64,000 nucleotides of DNA, taken from Candidatus Roizmanbacteria bacterium. GTDB taxonomy: Bacteria > Patescibacteriota > Microgenomatia > UBA1406 > HO2-37-13b. The stretch covers positions 23,812-87,811 of the forward strand of contig JAYPGZ010000003.1 of assembly GCA_038127095.1 (NCBI GenBank), written 5' to 3'. Positions 58,584 to 64,000 of this stretch are shown here, piece after piece (position 1 is the stretch's first letter; each line of letters starts with the position of its first letter). A program made the position numbers and the translations under genes. The notes beneath the pieces were generated by a model. That model searched no databases. It was not told where the DNA came from and saw only the letters and a program-made list of their open reading frames with translations.

Positions 58584-60275
58584 ATGAAGCGACTGATTAT
58601 TGCTATTGTAATAGGTACTGCACTATACTCACGATTGGTCGGAGTTTCGTGGGGACTCCCCTATCCGATGCATCCAGATGAGCGAAACATGGCAGTTGCT
58701 GTACAATCACTTAAATTATCAGAAAATCTAAACCCCCACTTTTTTGCGTACGGTCAATTACCCCTTTATATTGCATATGTTTTTATTCAAATCTCAAATG
58801 TAGTGCTTTTCGGGAAATTTGCTAATACAATTTCATTTGAATCTGCAACGATTGCACTGCGATATATTTCGGTACTTTCTTCCTGGGCAAGTCTTTGGAT
58901 AATTTATCGCATTTTACGAGACTTTTTTTCAGATTATATAGATCGGAAATTTTTACCTTTCATACTAATACCATTTATATTTTCGCCTTATGCAATACAG
59001 TTTGCACATTTTGGTACTACAGAATCATTACTTACTAGCATGTATTTGGGAATTTTATATGTGTCATTGCGTATTGGCATTACGAAGGTAATTACAACTC
59101 GATCGGTGTTGTTACTTGGCATCATTGGCGGACTTTCAATTGGGACTAAAATTTCATCTGCTACATTTTTGGGACTGCCGATTGTGGTTATAGTTTGGGT
59201 ATTGCTTAAAACGCGAAAAAAAATGAGTGATTTTATGATGTATTTTGCTAAAACGCTAATGATTCTTTCGATTACTAGCATGCTATTTTCGCTAATTGCT
59301 TCACCTCACATGCTGCTTTCGCCAGTTGATTTTTTGTCGAGCATAACATATGAATCGAAAATTGCATCGGGTGCAATTCAGGTATTTTATACACGACAAT
59401 TTTTGTATTCAATTCCTATTGTTTATCAGCTTGTATATATATTTCCTGTAGCATTAGGAATGGGAGTTTATCTACTTTTTTTTGGAGGTTTTTTCTTGCT
59501 ATCGTGGAAAGATAGTAGATTTTTAATTCTTCGCTCAGGATTCTTGCTATATTTTATTCCTTCATCGTTATTGTTTGTAAAATGGACAAGGTTTGAGGCT
59601 CCAGTACTGCCTATTGCGGCAATTGTTGGAATTTTATTTTTATGTAAAATACTTTTCAAAATTCATAAATCAAAAGTCAGATTTGCACTTTTGGTAATTG
59701 CATTGTTACTAATTTCTATCCACGGCTTTGCATATTTATCTGTGTACAGAAATGTTGATGTTCGATTTCAAGCGTCTGAGTGGATGTTTAAAAATATTCC
59801 AGAACAAGCTCGTGTTTTTTCAGAAGCCGGAAATGTAATTAATATTCCCGTACCCGTAGGTGCGTTTATTCAAAATTCTCCAAATCTTTCTGTTGTGAAT
59901 TTTGATTTTTACCAAGTTGATTATGATAATTTGCTACAAAAAGATCTTACACGTGCAATGCAGGAATCTAATTATATTGTTGTTCCTTCTCGTCGAATAA
60001 TGGGATCCGTAACATGCTCCCTCCCAAATACAAGGAACAGCATTGGTTATGCATCAAAGCGTTGTTCTGAGCTAATGCGTTTGTTCCCCGTTACGAACGA
60101 ATATTATGATAAACTACTATCGGGTGAACTGGGATACTCTGAAATTAAACGATTTACTGCATATCCAAAAATTGAGGTATTTGGAAAAACACTCATCGAG
60201 TTTCCTGATGAACAGTACGACGAAACATGGAGTGTTTTTGACCACCCGGTAATACGTATATATAAACGCACATGA
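58584..60275 (+). CDS. GT-C-like membrane glycosyltransferase (GT39/ArnT-like)
   Basis: First-loop motif GLPYPMHPDERNMAV, ~12 TM helices and a C-terminal soluble domain. Confidence 0.6.
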   Translation: MKRLIIAIVIGTALYSRLVGVSWGLPYPMHPDERNMAVAVQSLKLSENLNPHFFAYGQLPLYIAYVFIQISNVVLFGKFANTISFESATIALRYISVLSSWASLWIIYRILRDFFSDYIDRKFLPFILIPFIFSPYAIQFAHFGTTESLLTSMYLGILYVSLRIGITKVITTRSVLLLGIIGGLSIGTKISSATFLGLPIVVIVWVLLKTRKKMSDFMMYFAKTLMILSITSMLFSLIASPHMLLSPVDFLSSITYESKIASGAIQVFYTRQFLYSIPIVYQLVYIFPVALGMGVYLLFFGGFFLLSWKDSRFLILRSGFLLYFIPSSLLFVKWTRFEAPVLPIAAIVGILFLCKILFKIHKSKVRFALLVIALLLISIHGFAYLSVYRNVDVRFQASEWMFKNIPEQARVFSEAGNVINIPVPVGAFIQNSPNLSVVNFDFYQVDYDNLLQKDLTRAMQESNYIVVPSRRIMGSVTCSLPNTRNSIGYASKRCSELMRLFPVTNEYYDKLLSGELGYSEIKRFTAYPKIEVFGKTLIEFPDEQYDETWSVFDHPVIRIYKRT

Positions 60276-61984
60276 ATATTCGAAACTTTGCAATTATTGC
60301 CCATATAGATCACGGAAAATCTACACTTGCTGATAGGCTGTTAGAGCTTACTGGCACAGTAGATAAAGACCGACACGAGGCTCAAATGCTTGACGCAAAT
60401 CCTATATCTCGTGAACGTGGTATTACGATTAAACTAGCTCCGGTAAAAATGGAGTTTCAGAATGCAGTTCTTAATTTGATCGATACTCCGGGTCACGTAG
60501 ATTTTTCGTATGAAGTTGAACGAACACTAGCCTGTGTTGAAGGTGCAATTTTACTGGTTGATGCCACTCAGGGAATTCAGGCGCAAACAATTGCACATAC
60601 ATATAAGGCTCTCGAACAAAATATTGTCCTTATACCTGCTGTTAATAAAATCGACATGCCTGCTGCTCGTGTTGCCGAAACAAAGGCGGAAATTTCTCAA
60701 TTCCTTGGTGTTAACGAAAATGAAATATTTGAAATTTCTGCAAAAACAGGTCAAGGAGTCAGTGAATTATTGCAGGCTGTTATTAGCAAAGTCCCCCCTG
60801 CTCCCCTTGCAGAATCAGAGAGTGTTAAAGCGCTTATTTTCGATTCTTACTACGATCAATATCGAGGAGTTATTGCATTTGTTCGTATTGTAGATGGAAT
60901 TCTTAAGAAAGGAATGAAAGTACACTTGCATGCAACCAATCTAACGTTTGAAGGAACGGAAGTAGGAATTTTTAAGCCTGCATTAGTTCCGACTGAAACG
61001 TTGGGAGCTGGTGAGATTGGATATATTGTTACCAATCTTAAAGATATTCACCAAGTGCAGGTTGGCGATACAATAACGCTTGCGAGTTCTCCTTCAGCGG
61101 CTCTGCCGGGGTATCGTAAAGTTCAACCGATGGTATTTTCATCGATGTTCCCAACGGATCCTGATGAGTACGTAAGTTTAATAGATGCAATGGAAAAGTT
61201 AACGCTCAATGACTCTGCGCTTACATTCGAACCTATTTATAGTAAGGCGCTTGGATCTGGTTTGAGAGTGGGATTTTTAGGGCTGTTGCATGCCGATGTA
61301 GTGCGTCAACGTCTTGAACGAGAATTTAATGCTAATATTGTACTTACTTCTCCTACCGTTGATTATCATGAATCGATTGAGCATGGAAAAAAAGTATTTG
61401 ATGAGCCAATTGCATCGGTTGATATTGTTACCCCACAGGAATATGTGGGAGCAGTTATGCGACTTGCTGAAGAAGCTCGAGCAACATTCTTGCATATGGA
61501 TAACAAGTCGCATGTGTACTTGTCGTATGAAATTCCGATGGCGGAACTTATGGGAAGTTTTTTTGATCGACTTAAGACAATTACTTCAGGATACGCATCG
61601 CTCCAATGGGAATTTAAAGAATATCGTCGAGTAGATGCAGATAAATTAGTTATTATGTTAAATCTGGAACCAGTCGATGAATTTTCTGAATACATTGTTG
61701 CAGAAAAGGCATATGAACGTGGTTCTGTACTTACATCAAAACTGAAAGAGCTTATTCCTCGCCAACAATATGAGGTAAAAATTCAAGCACAATATAAAGG
61801 AAAAATCATCGCGTCAAATCGAATTGCGCCGTTTAGAAAAGACGTTACTTCGGGGCTTTATGGAGGAGACAGAAGTCGAAAAGATAAATTGTTAAAAAAA
61901 CAAAAAGCTGGAAAAAAATTAATGAAAAACATTGGCTCAGTAGAGATTCCCAAAGAAGTTTTTATGGAGTTATTTAAGAACTAA
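60272..61984 (+). CDS. lepA: translation elongation factor 4
   Basis: NIRNFAIIAHIDHGKSTLADRLL, DTPGHVDF, NKID, and the LepA C-terminal domain (...RQQYEVKIQAQYKGKIIASNRIAPFRKDV). Confidence 0.95.
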   Translation: MNIRNFAIIAHIDHGKSTLADRLLELTGTVDKDRHEAQMLDANPISRERGITIKLAPVKMEFQNAVLNLIDTPGHVDFSYEVERTLACVEGAILLVDATQGIQAQTIAHTYKALEQNIVLIPAVNKIDMPAARVAETKAEISQFLGVNENEIFEISAKTGQGVSELLQAVISKVPPAPLAESESVKALIFDSYYDQYRGVIAFVRIVDGILKKGMKVHLHATNLTFEGTEVGIFKPALVPTETLGAGEIGYIVTNLKDIHQVQVGDTITLASSPSAALPGYRKVQPMVFSSMFPTDPDEYVSLIDAMEKLTLNDSALTFEPIYSKALGSGLRVGFLGLLHADVVRQRLEREFNANIVLTSPTVDYHESIEHGKKVFDEPIASVDIVTPQEYVGAVMRLAEEARATFLHMDNKSHVYLSYEIPMAELMGSFFDRLKTITSGYASLQWEFKEYRRVDADKLVIMLNLEPVDEFSEYIVAEKAYERGSVLTSKLKELIPRQQYEVKIQAQYKGKIIASNRIAPFRKDVTSGLYGGDRSRKDKLLKKQKAGKKLMKNIGSVEIPKEVFMELFKN

Positions 61985-63317
61985 TTTGTATAGTGAATAC
62001 CTTGTAGCTTTACTAAGTTGAAATTGTTTGGAATATCGGGACTCATGCGCATTGCAACATTGTCAAGTTTTATTCCATCTGTCGAACGTGACCCGTATGT
62101 AATAAATGAAGAGGGTTGCTCGACCGCATTACCTAGTGGAACTATACCACCAGTATGGTGAAAATCACCTTGTTTATAAAGTGTAAGCCAGTCTCCTACA
62201 GCATCATGATTGCTATTTGAAACCTGTAATTGTTCCACCTCTCCTATACTAAACGGCGTTAGGCAACCTGCAGAATGACTATCACGTACTGTTATTTTCC
62301 CCGATGGTGTTATATTATCTGTTTCAGATAGTGTGAATGCAAATGCAAATGCACTATCATACGCGTGGCATTGGATGAGAGAGGCATTTTGTACTCCTTG
62401 CAAATCATACGCTTGACGGGCTGTTTTGATTTGCCAATTGTTCAATTCAACATGTAAAGCGCTCGATATATATGTTCCATCTGAAGTAAAGTATTCCCCC
62501 CTACAATTTCGTGACGAAACAGTATCGCACCAGGTTGACGTAAAAAGGACATCTAGTTTACTTCCTTGTGAATCGTGAAATTGGGCATCGTGAATATTTT
62601 GCATAACTACACCACCAGATTCTGAATTATAAAACCTGCTATTTACAACTTCTGCTTTACCGTTTCTTTTGCCAGCTTGATCCATTGCTGGGGAGTATTT
62701 ATCTCCATCACCTTTCCCGACTATAAGAACGAGTGAATCCCAAGGGCTTTTGGCAGCAGTATGATCACGTCGCTGTTGAGCTCTAGGGGATGAACCATCA
62801 AATTCTACACCCTCAATTCCTAAATGTCCTTCCATATCACGAAAATATAAAATACTACTTTTTGCAAACGATCCCCATTCTTTTGAAATTTCAGAAAGCG
62901 CAGGAGTAAGTTTTAAACGACTTCCTTTTTCATGACCTTTTAGTTTAATCCTTGCTCCGTCTGGGACAGTGCAGATGATGGTGTTGTCGATAAGAATCTC
63001 ACCTTCGGGAAGTTCAATGAGAGTTTCTTGACCTGTTTCCAAAGACTGTTGAATTGCTCGATCAATGGTTGTCTGAACTCTTTCAGTTGTCCAATCGATT
63101 GCGGGTTGTAATTCGGTTGCTGGAGTTATTCCCGCAAAAGTGGAACTTCAAGAGGTGGGCTAGTTTGGGGTTCGGCATCCATAGAATCGGAGTATCTTTC
63201 AAGAAGTACAGCACTACCTGCACCTAGTCCAGTAGCAACAGCAAGGCTTCTGATGAATTTTCTTCTGTCTATTGTATGTGGAGAAGGTCGACTTTCTTTA
63301 TCAGTAGAATCAGTCAT
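61981..63317 (-). pseudogene. Tat-signal-bearing right-handed beta-helix-like exported protein, split by a 1-nt frameshift
   Basis: ORF 63126-63317 encodes only a twin-arginine signal (TIDRRKFIRSLAVATGLGAGSAVLL). The frame of ORF 61981-63042 stays open upstream to 63147 and has no start codon before a TTG at 63042. Adding one T to the T4 run (plus-strand A run 63136-63139) fuses both into ~445 codons. Confidence 0.6.
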
Positions 63318-63322
63318 GTTAT

Positions 63323-64000
63323 TTAAGAACTAAACTTTGCTTTTTGTATTTTTGCAGATTCAACTAGGTTACTCATTAAATATGCAATCTCAAGGGGACC
63401 AATACCTCCGGGGGTAGGAGTATAAAAGCTTGCAATATCCTTTATCTCATCTGTTTCATAATCACCTTTTGATTTGCCACCTTCACGTCTAAATCCTACA
63501 TTGAGTAAGATTACACCTGGTTTTATCATGGCAGGTGTCACGACCTTTTTTCCTGTAGCGGTAATTATAATGTCAGCATCTGCATAAAATTCACTCTCTG
63601 GTGATGTTTTGCTGTGCGTATTGATGTAGTTTATTCGGAGGGCACTCAGGATTTTTCCAATTGGTTTACCGCCGGTTTCGCCTCTACCCATAAGTACGAT
63701 TTTTTTGCGACGCAAGACACTTTTAAAGAATGTCATATCTTTTTTTATATCGACAATGAGATTGCTTGTATTTTCTTTACTAGCTGGATCAAATATATAT
63801 TTAATAATTGTTAATACTCCCAGACCAAGTGGAGGAAGAAATGGTGATTTGGCCTTATGACCTTCTATTTCTTTAACGATGGGGACATAGTTAAAAACTG
63901 TCTCGGTTGATAATTGTGAAGGAAGAGGTCGTTGAATGATTAGTCCGCTTGTTTGTGGACTATCTGCTTTTGTTCTGAGTACGTTTGCAAATTCTTCAAA
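63323..64000 (-). CDS. folD: methylenetetrahydrofolate dehydrogenase/cyclohydrolase, N-terminus off-window
   Basis: By hand translation the frame is open to nt 64000: ...GLIIQRPLPSQLS...FLPPLGLGVLTIIKY...KKIVLMGRGETGGKPI...ADIIITATGK...TPTPGGIGPLEIAYL. The track shows only the part after an internal Met. Confidence 0.85.
   Translation of the reverse strand, partial: FEEFANVLRTKADSPQTSGLIIQRPLPSQLSTETVFNYVPIVKEIEGHKAKSPFLPPLGLGVLTIIKYIFDPASKENTSNLIVDIKKDMTFFKSVLRRKKIVLMGRGETGGKPIGKILSALRINYINTHSKTSPESEFYADADIIITATGKKVVTPAMIKPGVILLNVGFRREGGKSKGDYETDEIKDIASFYTPTPGGIGPLEIAYLMSNLVESAKIQKAKFSS

Noticed and set aside
63126-63317. 63-aa ORF as an independent small gene
   Set aside because: It consists only of a Tat signal peptide and overlaps the open upstream frame of the next ORF, so it is better explained as the N-terminal fragment of a frameshifted gene.

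Overview
The window is AT-rich and very gene-dense: about 70 genes, short or overlapping intergenic spacers, and five tRNAs. I infer a small-genome monoderm bacterium, CPR/Patescibacteria-like; this cannot be proven from the window. All calls come from reading the sequence and ORF track by eye, so family names rest on recognised motifs, not database searches.

Recognisable housekeeping genes:
- tgt, lexA, miaA, lepA, folD (5'-truncated) and bcp
- a Xer recombinase, a Nudix hydrolase and an FTR1 iron permease
- an ABC-2 exporter, a HAD hydrolase, a GNAT and a SAM methyltransferase
- tRNA-Ser x2, tRNA-Gly, tRNA-Trp and tRNA-Arg

About half the window (22.5-60.3 kb, plus 4.2-6.6 kb) is a very large glycan-assembly region:
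- 8 GT2 genes and 1 GT-B-like gene
- 6 GT-C-like polytopic membrane proteins, including a 1070-aa giant with a C-terminal IPT/TIG-like domain and a TPR-tailed one
- 3 MOP-type flippases
- gmd, galE, three further SDR epimerase/dehydratases, an RfbH/E1-type 3-dehydrase and an FdtA/FdtB/FdtC-like 3-acetamido-sugar module
- a four-gene operon joining two GT2s to a ferredoxin and a B12-binding radical SAM enzyme

Observations beyond gene calling:
1. Nearly every operon-leading ATG sits 5-10 nt behind a -10 box and has no Shine-Dalgarno, which suggests a leaderless architecture. Some divergent promoters interleave within 13-23 bp.
2. lexA has a textbook TTGACA-17-TATACT promoter with a GAAC-N4-GTTC SOS box in the spacer.
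3. A dispersed GTCATYYYGAG...GAAATCTC mini-repeat family is inserted in frame into miaA (129 nt) and into the edge ORF.
4. Two tRNAs have non-canonical wobble bases by hand fold: Ser-ACU and Arg-GCG.
5. A 665-aa protein with a C-terminal RelE/ParE-like domain lies behind an HD-domain protein at the end of the tgt operon.
6. A tandem pair of uncharacterised paralogs sits inside the sugar cluster.
7. A 39-codon Trp/Cys-rich micro-ORF with a 21-nt in-frame duplication lies next to miaA.
8. A Tat-signal beta-helix gene is split by a 1-nt indel in a homopolymer.

I saw no CRISPR array, rRNA, transposase or prophage genes.
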